Shown in pieces: positions 38,798-49,387 of a stretch of 64,000 nucleotides of DNA. The first letter of the stretch is position 1. Every line of letters starts with the position of its first letter. This DNA comes from Fibrobacteria bacterium (GTDB lineage: Bacteria; Fibrobacterota; Fibrobacteria; UBA11236; JADFYW01). The notes beneath the pieces are model-generated. The model was not told the DNA's origin. It ran no database searches and saw only the letters and a program-made list of their open reading frames with translations. The stretch is from assembly GCA_050294405.1 (NCBI GenBank), contig JBNKOC010000019.1, positions 1 through 64,000 of the forward strand, read 5' to 3'. The position numbers were made by a program, and so were the translations under genes.

Positions 38798-40492
38798 ATG
38801 ATATCCGGCCTTAATATTAGGAAATATTTTTTACTCTTTTGCCTGCTGGCGGGCCCTCTTTTAGCTAGCACAGTAAATCCCAAACATCCGGTTTATGAAT
38901 TTTTAAATCGTATGAACATCCGCTTTCAAAAGGGGTGGAGCCTACAAATTAAGCCCTGGAGCCAGAAGGAAATTAAAAGTGCCTTGCGACAACTTGAAGA
39001 GAACAGCACAGAGCTTAGTCTTTGGGAACGCCGCCAATATCACTTTTATCGAAAAACATTTTTACCCAAGCCAAAGTTTCAGCATAGTGTGCTTGGCTAT
39101 CAGAAAGAAAACCGGGAGATTCTATTGAGAACCAGTTATGAAACTGAGTTAAACTACCAGGACTCTCTACCTCGGGAAAAATTGTATGCCTTCGGTACCC
39201 TGGCCCTAATGGCAGAAGGTAAGCTCGATAGCAATTTGGCCTTTGTGAGTGAAATATATTTTGGCCAGATTCGAAGTTTGGAGAATCAGTTCTTTGAACA
39301 TTACCAAGCCAATTGGGGTATGCCCTACAATACTCCCCAAAAAGCCAGTTCTTCGGATAGTATTTTTGAAAACGCCACCTTTGATGCCTACCGCGCTGTG
39401 CTAACATACGATGGAAACATCCGGCTGGATTTTGGAAACGACTGGAATGAATGGGGACCTGGTTTGTGGCAACACCCCTCCTTTAGTGCGGAGAGCTGGT
39501 TCTGGTCGCAGGATAGCACACATGGGTACCAGGCCTGGGAAATTACAGAGCTTTATTACAACTCTCCTTTAGAATATACCAATCGGGAAACCCGCAACGG
39601 ATATGAAAGAGTAGGACAAAACGCCCCTATCCCCCAACTGCGGGCAACTATAAACTGGGATTTTTTAACCTACACCAAATTTATGGGCAAACGCACCGGG
39701 CTTCGATATCTGGATGATCGTTATGTATCTGGCCATAAACTTCAGTTTAATTACAAGGGACTTAGCTTGGGAGCCTACGAAGCGGTTGTGTTTCAAAGGG
39801 ATAATTGGGATTTGACCTATTCCATTCCTTTTATTTCCCTTTTTGTGGCAGAACACTTTCAGGGAGACAGGGATAACATTGCCCTGGGACTTGATGCGCA
39901 ATATATATATGCTGGCAAATACCGTTTCTGGACGGAGCTTTTTTTGGATGACCTGGTTTCGCCTACCCAACTTTTTGAAAAGTATTGGGGAAATAAATAC
40001 AGTGTCACGTTGGGTGCAGAAGTTTTGGATCCCTTAATTAAAAACTCCCGTCTGGCCTTGGAATACTCAAGGGTAGAACCCTGGGTCTACAGCCATATCA
40101 CCCTGGATAACCAGTTTCAACATTTAGGAGCTTTATTGGGAAGTTCCCTTCCTCCCAACTCTCAAAGCGTACGGCTAGATTGGCAACATCATTTGGAAAT
40201 ATTAAATGGCTTTAGTTACAACATTAATTACCTGTTTTTTCAACAACAACATGATGGGCGCGGAAGTTCTATTTTCCATCAATTTCAGGCAGGGGAACCT
40301 GAATCAAAAAACTTTTTGGGAAAAAATCCCGAAACCCGACATCAACTATCCATACATCCCAAATACAATTGGGATAGGTACTTTTCCCTGGAAGGCCATT
40401 TGGGTTACCAATATCTGGAAAACTGGAAAAGCAATTCCAATCAAATTTTAGAATCGCTGTTTGCGGGTTTATATTGGAAATTTTCTTATTAG
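38798..40492 (+). CDS. Capsule assembly Wzi-like outer-membrane protein
   Basis: HPVYEFLNRM N-terminus, EWGPG, GAYEAVVF, DNIALGLD, ELFLDD and EYSRVEPWVYSH; terminal Tyr. Confidence 0.7.
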   Translation: MISGLNIRKYFLLFCLLAGPLLASTVNPKHPVYEFLNRMNIRFQKGWSLQIKPWSQKEIKSALRQLEENSTELSLWERRQYHFYRKTFLPKPKFQHSVLGYQKENREILLRTSYETELNYQDSLPREKLYAFGTLALMAEGKLDSNLAFVSEIYFGQIRSLENQFFEHYQANWGMPYNTPQKASSSDSIFENATFDAYRAVLTYDGNIRLDFGNDWNEWGPGLWQHPSFSAESWFWSQDSTHGYQAWEITELYYNSPLEYTNRETRNGYERVGQNAPIPQLRATINWDFLTYTKFMGKRTGLRYLDDRYVSGHKLQFNYKGLSLGAYEAVVFQRDNWDLTYSIPFISLFVAEHFQGDRDNIALGLDAQYIYAGKYRFWTELFLDDLVSPTQLFEKYWGNKYSVTLGAEVLDPLIKNSRLALEYSRVEPWVYSHITLDNQFQHLGALLGSSLPPNSQSVRLDWQHHLEILNGFSYNINYLFFQQQHDGRGSSIFHQFQAGEPESKNFLGKNPETRHQLSIHPKYNWDRYFSLEGHLGYQYLENWKSNSNQILESLFAGLYWKFSY

Positions 40493-40502
40493 GGTTTTGT
40501 CA

Positions 40503-41798
40503 TTGTCTAGTTCACTTATATTTTCAAAACGCACCCAAGGCCTTTCCGACCCTCCCATAAACTGGCTAATCCAATATCAATTGGAACATCCCCAAGTTAT
40601 ATCCCTTGCCGCAGGTCTTGTGGATTATCCCACATTGCCGGGGGAAATATTAAAGGAAATTTTCCCAAAAGTTTTAACCTCTGAAAATTATCAAAAGAAT
40701 TTACAGTACGGCACCACCCAGGGAAATCCTCAATTGAGAGAGGAAATAGCAAAATTATACAATCGACAGGAGAATATCCCCGGTGATTCACTTGATATTT
40801 ACAATGCCGAGGCTTCCCACTGTGTGGTGACCAATGGTTCCCAGCAGCTTTTGTTTTTACTGGCAGATTGCTTGTTAAACCCTGGCGACATCATTCTGGT
40901 GGAAGCTCCCACTTATTTTGTCTTTACCGCCGTTCTGGAAACATTTAATGTGCAATGTATATCTATTTCCATGGATGAAGACGGAATGATTCCAGATGAT
41001 TTAAACAACATTCTTACCCAACTTGAATCTAAACATGAGCTCCACAAAGTAAAATGCTTATATACCGTAGACTATTTCCAAAACCCATCGGGTCGTTCCC
41101 TATGCCGTTCCCGAAAAAAAGAAGTTTTTGATATAATTGAAAAGTTTAATGAAAAAACTCCTCTGTTAATAATCGAAGACGCTGCTTACAGGGACCTTGG
41201 TTTTAGTCCCAATGTAAGTGATAATTCCATCAAATCTCATGATATTAATAATAAATTGGTGGCTTATACCAGCACCTTTTCCAAAAGTTTTTGTCCGGGT
41301 CTAAAACTGGGCTACGGCTTTTTGCCTTACCCTTTATTGGAAAAATTAGTGCGGCACAAGGGGAACCATGATTTTGGAACATCCAACTTAAACCAGATGC
41401 TAATATTAGAGGCTCTAAGATTGGGATATTATCAAACTCAGGTGGAAAAGCTTAGAAATAATTACAAAGAAAAAGCAGATGTAATGGAAAGGGCCCTTAG
41501 GAAACATATGCCAAAAGAAGTTCAATTTGAGTCGCCTAAGGGTGGCATTTATTTTTGGTTAAAATTTCCTGCAATGGTTGAAACCGGGCCCAGCAGTCCA
41601 CTCTTTGCAGAATGTTTGAAAAACAACCTTCTATATGTGCCAGGGGAATATTGCTACGCCCCTGATTCCACTTTGGGTACAAAACAAGGTTTAAATGAAA
41701 TGCGCCTTTCTTACGGCACTGCTTCTAAGGATGAAATTGCCGAAGGCATAAAAAGGCTGGCAATAGCTTCCCGGAAAATTTTAAACAGCAACAGTTAG
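40503..41798 (+). CDS. PLP-dependent aminotransferase class I/II (LysN/MocR-type, no HTH)
   Basis: ISLAAG, LQYGTTQG, TNGSQQ, FQNPSG, IIEDAAY and TFSKSFCPGLKLG. Start uncertain (TTG at 40503 versus 40461). Confidence 0.9.
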   Translation: MSSSLIFSKRTQGLSDPPINWLIQYQLEHPQVISLAAGLVDYPTLPGEILKEIFPKVLTSENYQKNLQYGTTQGNPQLREEIAKLYNRQENIPGDSLDIYNAEASHCVVTNGSQQLLFLLADCLLNPGDIILVEAPTYFVFTAVLETFNVQCISISMDEDGMIPDDLNNILTQLESKHELHKVKCLYTVDYFQNPSGRSLCRSRKKEVFDIIEKFNEKTPLLIIEDAAYRDLGFSPNVSDNSIKSHDINNKLVAYTSTFSKSFCPGLKLGYGFLPYPLLEKLVRHKGNHDFGTSNLNQMLILEALRLGYYQTQVEKLRNNYKEKADVMERALRKHMPKEVQFESPKGGIYFWLKFPAMVETGPSSPLFAECLKNNLLYVPGEYCYAPDSTLGTKQGLNEMRLSYGTASKDEIAEGIKRLAIASRKILNSNS

Positions 41799-41802
41799 CT
41801 AT

Positions 41803-42471
41803 TTATTTCTGGCTGTATACGCTTTCTGGATATGCTTTAGAACCTTCTTGCCACATCAAAACAGATTCCGTTAATCCTGGAATATATATATCCTTTTTTT
41901 TGATTTCGGTACTATCAAATTTTTGGTGGCTATAAAAGGTGTTTCCTTTTAAATCGAGCTCAAAAGGATCCTCCATGTATTGAGCGAAGTTTTTAAGGCA
42001 GTCCACAAAATCCATTTTTACAACCAGGACTCCCTCAAATTTGCTGGATGTGGGAGAGGAAGTTACCGGAAAACACCAAAGAAGCTGCTTTCGATTGCCT
42101 TTAACAAACTCGGTAAAATAAGGCTTCCCACTTTTCTTTAAAGGTTCAAACCAAGGTTGCCTCGCCAAACTCCTGGAACTGTATTTTGGACCCACCGAGC
42201 GAATGACTTCATTGCGTACTTTACCTGTAGAATTAGTCACCAGGAAAGAATAAACATAATCCCGCTCCTTGAGCTGGCGAATAAATTTCTTTTTTCCTTT
42301 TTTGTAATAAAGATCATTGGCGTTTGAAGCTATTGTTTCAAAATCGTATTTAAGTTCATTAAAATAATTATTGAGCTTTATATCCAGTCCCTGACCATGA
42401 GAAAAACTTAAAGCCAGGCAATAGAATAAAATGTGGATTATAGTCCTGTTTCTTCCCAATTTTTCCTCCAA
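41803..42471 (-). CDS. Hypothetical exported protein, possible stand-alone Cache/PDC domain
   Basis: Hydrophobic N-terminus; RQPWF...SGKPYF...PV...FEGVLVV pattern. Confidence 0.55.
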   Translation of the reverse strand: MEEKLGRNRTIIHILFYCLALSFSHGQGLDIKLNNYFNELKYDFETIASNANDLYYKKGKKKFIRQLKERDYVYSFLVTNSTGKVRNEVIRSVGPKYSSRSLARQPWFEPLKKSGKPYFTEFVKGNRKQLLWCFPVTSSPTSSKFEGVLVVKMDFVDCLKNFAQYMEDPFELDLKGNTFYSHQKFDSTEIKKKDIYIPGLTESVLMWQEGSKAYPESVYSQK

Positions 42472-42604
42472 TCAAAAATCTAAACCTATATGGAAATAGA
42501 ACAATAACCCAGAAAAAATTCAACCATAACGATTGCACAATACACCGAGAATAGTTATTTCAAAGAAGAGGACTATGCATTGTTGAACCAGAATTTAATC
42601 CACT

Positions 42605-43147
42605 ATGTTTAGCATAAGGGTATCTATGATGATTACAAAAAAATTTACAGCGGCCACTTTTTTAACTTTTGTTGCCATTCTATTTCTAGGTCATTGCAGT
42701 AAGCCCAAGTCCACGGCGATAAATAGAGACTGGAGTATGGACCCAGACACTCAAATGGGATATATATACGGAAAATTGGTTCACAACAATTTATATGGTA
42801 AAAGTTTTAAATTGACTCTTAAGGATTTAAAAACAGGGGGAAAGGCTGAAATAAAGGTAGAGAGCTATGGAGACCCCCACGAAAATTATTTTATTGAATT
42901 AAAACCCGGAGAATGGATTTTAGATAAAATTATTGATTCGAATCAAAAGGAAATTGTTATCCATTCCCTTCAGAAAAAAGAACATAAAGAATTTATTGTG
43001 GAAAAAGCGGACATTATTTATACCGGAAGTTGGATTTTCTCCGACTCCAGCCTAACCGTTAAGGATGAAAAGGAGCAGCAAGACAGTTACATGAGAATAA
43101 ATTATAAGTATGTTCTCACCACAAACTCTCTTACCCTGTTGCCATAA
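42605..43147 (+). CDS. Hypothetical lipoprotein
   Basis: FLGHC lipobox-like motif after a hydrophobic stretch. Confidence 0.6.
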   Translation: MFSIRVSMMITKKFTAATFLTFVAILFLGHCSKPKSTAINRDWSMDPDTQMGYIYGKLVHNNLYGKSFKLTLKDLKTGGKAEIKVESYGDPHENYFIELKPGEWILDKIIDSNQKEIVIHSLQKKEHKEFIVEKADIIYTGSWIFSDSSLTVKDEKEQQDSYMRINYKYVLTTNSLTLLP

Positions 43148-43156
43148 ACCAATTCC

Positions 43157-43852
43157 TTAAAAGCCTTTTAGCCAATTCACTTCCAAACGAGACTCTTCTT
43201 TTTGATTTCCCGCCAGGCCTACTGTAAGGCTAACACTTAATTTTGAGCCATTTCCTAAAGCAATTAAAAGCGCAGGCTCTAAATCAATCGCTAAAAAATC
43301 TTCAAACCTGTCACTTTGACTGGATGCAATAAAGCCCAATTGAAAAGATAAAGGGGAGGAAAAATGCAATTGAGGATAAGCAGCTCCCTCAAAGGCAAAA
43401 AGGGCATCCCGAGTTAAAGCATCAAACGCACCGAGTCGTAAGTGATAACCTGTTGAGAATACCCGACTGTAAGATTTTTTTTTCCAATACGACAAAGAAA
43501 TTCCATTATCTCCGTCTCCCTGTAAATTCATCAAAATGTCTGCCTGTAGAGTGCCGTTTCCAGCCAACCTGAATTTTGCCCCGGCAGCCAAAAAAGGAAT
43601 GTTGTCTCCAACATCCCCCCAATAGGTCTTGAGCCCTGCACCCAGCTCCAAATTTTTGGAAATTTTAAAGCTGCCAGAGATTGGTATGGAAATAACATCA
43701 AAGTTGGAAGCGTCTGTGTAAACGCCCAGCTCCAGATTAATATCACGGGAATGAATAGCTGAGGGGACTAAACTATAGCTGGCCTCATGTATGGGGTTTA
43801 AAGCCCAACTGGATAACGCCAATAATAGGACAAATAAAAAATTTAAATACAT
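43157..43852 (-). CDS. Hypothetical small outer-membrane beta-barrel protein
   Basis: Signal peptide, alternating strands, terminal Phe. Confidence 0.6.
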   Translation of the reverse strand: MYLNFLFVLLLALSSWALNPIHEASYSLVPSAIHSRDINLELGVYTDASNFDVISIPISGSFKISKNLELGAGLKTYWGDVGDNIPFLAAGAKFRLAGNGTLQADILMNLQGDGDNGISLSYWKKKSYSRVFSTGYHLRLGAFDALTRDALFAFEGAAYPQLHFSSPLSFQLGFIASSQSDRFEDFLAIDLEPALLIALGNGSKLSVSLTVGLAGNQKEESRLEVNWLKGF

Positions 43853-43897
43853 GTTTCCCCCGTCTTCCTAAAACCTCTTAAACATTCCACTTGCTGT

Positions 43898-44929
43898 TTA
43901 TTCAAATTTGGATAAAATATGTGTCACTTTTTTCTGAAGTTCACCTTCTTCAGATTTTTCCATTTTCCTTAACTGAAATAATAATTCTCCCTCGGGATTT
44001 TGCGGCAGAATATTTAAAATATTCCGCAACATGGCCTTGCGACCTGCCCGCATTAAGGGCGTATTTTTAAACTTTTGCTTAAACCCTCCATTTCCTTTTT
44101 CCAATAATTTCAACCATTCCAAATGGGAAAAAGAAAACGGGTCTTCCTTTTGTTCAGTGAGATGCTTAGAGTTCCAGGGACAAACTTGTTGGCAAATATC
44201 ACATCCAAAAGCCCAGTTTTCAAACTGAGGAATTAATTCCGCGGGTTGTTCCTTTTTATTCTCAATAGTTTGGAAGGAAATGCATTTTTCGCTGTTTAAA
44301 ACACCCGGACTTTCCAGAGCCTTTGTGGGGCAAGCGACCAGACATTTATTACAACTCCCACAATAATTAGGAACTTCCTTTTTTTGTTCATTTTCCTCAA
44401 AAAATCGACTCCAAAAAAAGCCAAAAATAAAAAATCCAGAGCCCCATTTGGGATGGATGTTACAGCTGTTTTTACCGCTCCATCCCAAGCCCGCTTTTTG
44501 AGCCCACTCCCGTTCAAAAACAGGCGCCGTATCTACAAAACCGTAAAAAACATTTTCTTTTTGTTCAGGATTTAACAATTCTTCCAGATTTTTAAGATGT
44601 TTATGAGCTATATGATGGTAATCCATCCCCTTGGCATAGGCAGCAACTTTGGGATTGGATTTTTTGCCACTTTCAATATATGGACTCATGTTATTGGGGT
44701 ACTTCATAGAAAATAAAGCAATTGTTTTAGCCCAGGGCTTAAAATTTTGAGGTAAAAGGCGCTCTTCTATATTTTTCTCCATGTAAGCAAGTTCTGCATG
44801 ATAGCCATTTTTTAACCAGTCTAAAAAATGCTCTTTATGGGAGCTTTCCATAAGGGGAATAGAGCCCCACTGCAGAATTTCTGGACTTTTCCCAAGATAT
44901 CCATCTATAACCCGGGAAAAATCAGCCAT
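43898..44929 (-). CDS. queG: Epoxyqueuosine reductase
   Basis: WLKNGYHAELAYM, YAKGMDYH, VDTAPVFER, CGSCNKCLVACP, CISFQTIE and FGCDICQQVCPWN motifs. Confidence 0.95.
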   Translation of the reverse strand: MADFSRVIDGYLGKSPEILQWGSIPLMESSHKEHFLDWLKNGYHAELAYMEKNIEERLLPQNFKPWAKTIALFSMKYPNNMSPYIESGKKSNPKVAAYAKGMDYHHIAHKHLKNLEELLNPEQKENVFYGFVDTAPVFEREWAQKAGLGWSGKNSCNIHPKWGSGFFIFGFFWSRFFEENEQKKEVPNYCGSCNKCLVACPTKALESPGVLNSEKCISFQTIENKKEQPAELIPQFENWAFGCDICQQVCPWNSKHLTEQKEDPFSFSHLEWLKLLEKGNGGFKQKFKNTPLMRAGRKAMLRNILNILPQNPEGELLFQLRKMEKSEEGELQKKVTHILSKFE

Positions 44930-46180
44930 TTAAGTTTTTCTTTTTTTCTTGCGGGCAGCGGGAAACAACACATTATTCAAAATCAATCGATATCCCGGGG
45001 AACTTTTGTGTAAATTCAAATCCGTAGGAGGATCTCCAACGGCATGAGACACATCTTCAGGATCATGCCCTCCGAAATAAGTAAATTTACCTTCCCCCAA
45101 ATTTCCATGTAAATAGCGCACAGCGTCCTGGCCATCTGCCTCTCCCAGAATAGTGATATTTTTTTTCACTAGTTTTTTTCGGAAGGAAGTGGCCAATCCG
45201 TAAAAGCCCATTATGTAATTGCTATGGTTCTGCACTAACATGGAGGGAACAGGATCGTATTTTGGAGAAAAGTCGAAAAGGAAGAAATCATTGGGAGGTC
45301 TTCTGCTCAAAGCTCCCGAGTTTACCTGGTTGTAATCTATATTACCGTGAGAAGAGGACAAGTAGTCGCTATCAATATTAAAATTTTCAAAGGCCAGGGA
45401 TAAGCTGTAATCCAGTTTTGATTTGTAATTGGGGTCGATGGGTGTGCCATCGAATACCTTATCCACAATATCTGTCTTAGTCGCTGAAAGGGCAATATCC
45501 AACGTGTTGCAGGCGGAACACATGGCAAATAAAAAACCGCCCTTTTCAATAAATTGCCGAAGGGCAAGGGCCACCGCTTTTTTCATAACCGCATTACTGG
45601 GAAAACCCAGTTCAGCAGCCATTTCCTGATAAACCCTAACTTGTTCAATGTACCAGGGAGCTGTGCTAAAAGAGCGATAAAATTTTGAATTTTGCCCCGT
45701 AAAATCTTCGTGATGCAAATGGACCCAATCAATCCCTTCCAGCCCCCCTTTCAATACATCTTTATCATATATTTTTTTATAGGGAATTTCGGCGTATGTT
45801 AGTGCTAAAGTTACGGCATCGTCCCAAGGCTGCTTGTTGGGAGGTGTATACACCGCTACTTTGGGCTCTTTTTCCAACAATACTTTTTCCATGTTATTTT
45901 CATCAATAATGCCGTATAATTTTTGGACTTCGGCTTCGGAAATAATTTCAAACAAAACACCTCGATGGCTTGCTTCCCGCTGAAATACTGGAGAGTTTTC
46001 CAATAAAAAGCTTCCCCCTCGGTAATTCAAAAGCCATTCTGCCTTAATACCGCTGGCTACGGATAAATAGGCAATTCCATAGGCTTTCAGGTGATTGGTT
46101 TGCACCAAATCCATGGGAATTAACATTTTTTCCCCCTGAGCCAGGCATAAGAACAGGCTTATAATAAAGCCGATTTTCAA
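44930..46180 (-). CDS. Conserved exported protein with GATase-like fold (family often labelled 'asparagine synthetase B')
   Basis: LIPMD..QTNHLKAYG, WLLNYRGGSF, PWDDAV, HLHHEDFTGQ, FAMCSA, GGHDPED and PGYRLILNNVLFP. TTG at 46180 overlaps the upstream stop. Confidence 0.8.
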   Translation of the reverse strand: MKIGFIISLFLCLAQGEKMLIPMDLVQTNHLKAYGIAYLSVASGIKAEWLLNYRGGSFLLENSPVFQREASHRGVLFEIISEAEVQKLYGIIDENNMEKVLLEKEPKVAVYTPPNKQPWDDAVTLALTYAEIPYKKIYDKDVLKGGLEGIDWVHLHHEDFTGQNSKFYRSFSTAPWYIEQVRVYQEMAAELGFPSNAVMKKAVALALRQFIEKGGFLFAMCSACNTLDIALSATKTDIVDKVFDGTPIDPNYKSKLDYSLSLAFENFNIDSDYLSSSHGNIDYNQVNSGALSRRPPNDFFLFDFSPKYDPVPSMLVQNHSNYIMGFYGLATSFRKKLVKKNITILGEADGQDAVRYLHGNLGEGKFTYFGGHDPEDVSHAVGDPPTDLNLHKSSPGYRLILNNVLFPAARKKKRKT

Positions 46181-47397
46181 ACAATAACCTCGTGTCCGTC
46201 TACCAATACCATATTGACTTCGTGCTCCTCGCAAACTATTTCATCATATATATCAAAGGCCGGGTCGTGTTTTAAGTTGATTCCAATTACATCGGCCCGG
46301 TAGCTACTCTTTAATTTACCAATTTTGTCTTCCAGGCCAAGGGCTTTGCCCCCCCCTTTTGTGGCCATTTCCAAAATTTTTTCGCATTCCACCTGGGGAA
46401 AATGCCTTTTAAAACATGCCATTTCTTCAAAAAGGCTTAAACTTTCATTACTGGCCAGGCTATCGGTGCCAAAACATACATTGACTCCTGCATTGTGGCA
46501 AAGCTCAAAGGGAAATTCCCGATGTCCGAAAAATTCGGCGCTCCGGGGGCAGTGAGCAATAGATACATGGTTTTCTGCAAACTCACGGGCATTAAGTTCA
46601 TCTATGTAGTTGCAATGCACCATCAGAGAATGGGGAGAGATTAAATCGTTTTTGGCTGCATATCGGAACGGGTCCTGGCGGATATCTTCCAGTTGAGGAT
46701 AACGGCGTCGGCAAAATTCATAAAGGCGCCCTTTCGCCTCTGTAAAAAACTCCCACTCTTCATTGCTCTCCGCCAGATGGAATGTCCAGGGGATGTTAAG
46801 GTCTTCAACATCATTTTTTAATCTATGCAAAAGTTCAAGGGAACATGAATAGAGGGCATGGGCACATACGCCTAATTGGGTTAAACCTTTGGGGCTTCGG
46901 GCTGCTTCCAAAATACCGGGTGAAATTTGCTGGTAGCGGTCCACCCCAACTTCTGGGTCTAAACCTATGCATTCCCGAAAGGAAAAAGCGCGGATAATTT
47001 CCCGGGGTAAAATTTTTCCCGGAAAACCCGAATTTCCCACATCCACAATACTGGTAGTTCCAAATCGCAGCGCTTCTCGAACCCCCAGCTTAGTATAGTT
47101 TTCCCATTCACTCATTTCCAGCTCTCCAGCAGCTTTTTGGAGCCTGGCCACCCACATAGAAAAGGATTCTTTTGCGGGAAATAAGCCACGAGCCCAACTG
47201 AGTTCCAAATGAGCATGGCAATTTATAAGACCTGGCAGCAAAACGCTATCTTCTAAATGCCTTTGGGAGTGAGGATAAGTTTCGCAAAGGCTTTTTCTGG
47301 GCCCCATATCCAAAATGATTCCATCCTCCACTAAAAGCGCGCCATCTGGAATAACCGGGCCGTCCATTGTCACCAGGTAATCAGCCGAATAAATCAA
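46177..47397 (-). CDS. Amidohydrolase (MTA/SAH or aminodeoxyfutalosine deaminase-like)
   Basis: PGLINCHAHLEL, HALYS, HLAES, HCPRS and GTDSLASN motifs. Confidence 0.9.
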   Translation of the reverse strand: MIYSADYLVTMDGPVIPDGALLVEDGIILDMGPRKSLCETYPHSQRHLEDSVLLPGLINCHAHLELSWARGLFPAKESFSMWVARLQKAAGELEMSEWENYTKLGVREALRFGTTSIVDVGNSGFPGKILPREIIRAFSFRECIGLDPEVGVDRYQQISPGILEAARSPKGLTQLGVCAHALYSCSLELLHRLKNDVEDLNIPWTFHLAESNEEWEFFTEAKGRLYEFCRRRYPQLEDIRQDPFRYAAKNDLISPHSLMVHCNYIDELNAREFAENHVSIAHCPRSAEFFGHREFPFELCHNAGVNVCFGTDSLASNESLSLFEEMACFKRHFPQVECEKILEMATKGGGKALGLEDKIGKLKSSYRADVIGINLKHDPAFDIYDEIVCEEHEVNMVLVDGHEVIV

Positions 47398-47500
47398 ATA
47401 AGGTCCTTTTCTCCCATTGCTGCTAAAATAATATTATGGATAGCTGGCTTTTTCATTTAAAACGATTTTTTTTCCACCCTACCCCTAAAATTACCATTTT

Positions 47501-48619
47501 TTGTTAGTGCGAAAAAAGCTTTCCATTATAATTGAAGCCCTGACCTTAAGCAATGACTCTGGCATGGGTAAAATAAACAGGATTTATTTAAAAGGCTTTT
47601 TAGAAATTTTAAAAGACCAGCAGATAACTCTTCTTTCCCGCCATAAAATTCCCATCGCTTTGCCAAAAACCTGGACTCATAAAAAGCAGAAAGCCAAGCC
47701 ATTTCGTTTTTGGTGCGAGTTCATTTTCCCCTGGATAATTTACCAGAAAAAACCTGATATCACCATATGTCTGGGAATGAACATCCCCAAAATAAGGCCC
47801 AAGGGATGTTACCTGATGTTAATCCACGATATGAGCCCCCTGGAAAACCTACCTTTTCGGGCTTCCTTGCATCAGGACAAAAATAAAAAAAAATTCCCCG
47901 TAATGATAAGCCGTAGTGATTACATTATTACCAATAGCCAATTTACCAAAAACCGCATTAATCAAATAAGCGCTTTTCCAAAAGAGAAAATTTTTGTTTG
48001 GTCTCCCCGGGCAGAGGAGGCTTTCGAACTAAAGGAAAATGTAAACAATCCCATTGCTGATGTTTCTGGGCCAGCCATTCCCACAGAGCCTTATTTTTTT
48101 AGTTGTGGAAATCTCGAGCCGCGAAAAAACTTTGAGGGCTTGGTACAGGCATACGATGCTGCGCTGCAATCGAACCCAGATATTCCCGACCTGTATATTG
48201 CCGGCCACAAAGCATGGGGATATGAAAACTTATTTCATAGTCTTAGCGGTTTATCTTGCAGACCTAATGTCCATTTACTTGGGAGAATCAGCAACACCAG
48301 CCTTAAAAACCACATTGGAAATTGCGCCATTTTTGTGGCTTCTTCTCTATATGAAGGATGGGGATTTCCCCTGTATGAAGCCCTTTTAGCCAAAAGAGTT
48401 TGCATCTATCATAAAGAAAGTTCCCAACATGAGTTCGCAGAGGGTTTGGCCCTAGCCATTGATGTAAGTGATCCTAAAATCTTGGGAGAGGCCATATTGA
48501 GCCTATGGACCTCGCCTCAAAAACGATTGGAAATGGAGCAAAAATTGGAATCGGCTAAAATTTTGGATGAAAATCAATTATGGGCCGAAATGGACATGAA
48601 TCTATCCGATATGGTATAA
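47501..48619 (+). CDS. GT4-family glycosyltransferase
   Basis: IHD, TNSQFTK, GNLEPRKN and SLYEGWGFPLYEA motifs. Confidence 0.88.
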   Translation: MLVRKKLSIIIEALTLSNDSGMGKINRIYLKGFLEILKDQQITLLSRHKIPIALPKTWTHKKQKAKPFRFWCEFIFPWIIYQKKPDITICLGMNIPKIRPKGCYLMLIHDMSPLENLPFRASLHQDKNKKKFPVMISRSDYIITNSQFTKNRINQISAFPKEKIFVWSPRAEEAFELKENVNNPIADVSGPAIPTEPYFFSCGNLEPRKNFEGLVQAYDAALQSNPDIPDLYIAGHKAWGYENLFHSLSGLSCRPNVHLLGRISNTSLKNHIGNCAIFVASSLYEGWGFPLYEALLAKRVCIYHKESSQHEFAEGLALAIDVSDPKILGEAILSLWTSPQKRLEMEQKLESAKILDENQLWAEMDMNLSDMV

Positions 48620-48628
48620 AAGCCCCAT

Positions 48629-49387
48629 TTAATTCTCCATACTATAATCACTACAATCCAAGCTAGTATCCAAAGCCTGAACCCAGGGCTTAATATCCAT
48701 TAAAGAAGCTTGATATTGGCCTATACATCCCGATTGACTCCAACCTCGGGTATAGCCATACATTAGTTTTAAGCTTTGTGAGTCCGGCTTGCAATATAAC
48801 GCATAGCTTAAAGAGTCCCCGCAATCCATTGCCAGGGAATCGGCTAATATATAAGCATCCACCAAACTGTCCAAACTCTTTGCGCTATCCAAATCTGCCC
48901 ATTTTTTTTCATCGGTTAAATGGGGAAAAGGGGCGAACCGAGAGCTGTCTGTAACTTCTCCGCTGGAATTCAACAAGAATATTTTTTCCAGGGGATTATG
49001 GGCATCCATAAAATTCATGCTGACCAGTGTATCCAGGCCCTCGGCTGGGGCCAGAGGACAATCATAAAACTCCAGGGGCCAAATGAGTTGGATGTCCAAA
49101 GCGTATTGGTTGTCCCCCTTATTTTCAATATGCAGCTTATTTATATAGGCGCATTGATATAAGGATTGAAGGCCATTTACTTGCACAGAAATATTTTCGT
49201 TATTGCTGATGTATTTGCGGGATGGGTTAAACAGCAATTGGCTATACGGTGCATCGTCCCAGCGTTTGCTTTCTTTGACAGGGTTCTCATAATCCCCACA
49301 GGAAGATAAAAACAGAAGAACAATTAAAAACCGCCAAAAAAAATACGAGTATTCCAGGGACAACTTAATTGGGATTTTGGATTCCAT
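48629..49387 (-). CDS. Hypothetical Cys-containing lipoprotein
   Basis: FLSSC lipobox; start overlaps the upstream stop (TAATG). Confidence 0.6.
   Translation of the reverse strand: MESKIPIKLSLEYSYFFWRFLIVLLFLSSCGDYENPVKESKRWDDAPYSQLLFNPSRKYISNNENISVQVNGLQSLYQCAYINKLHIENKGDNQYALDIQLIWPLEFYDCPLAPAEGLDTLVSMNFMDAHNPLEKIFLLNSSGEVTDSSRFAPFPHLTDEKKWADLDSAKSLDSLVDAYILADSLAMDCGDSLSYALYCKPDSQSLKLMYGYTRGWSQSGCIGQYQASLMDIKPWVQALDTSLDCSDYSMEN

Noticed and set aside
44930..46234. True asparagine synthetase B
   Set aside because: No N-terminal Cys Ntn domain or SGGLDS motif, and it has a signal-like N-terminus.
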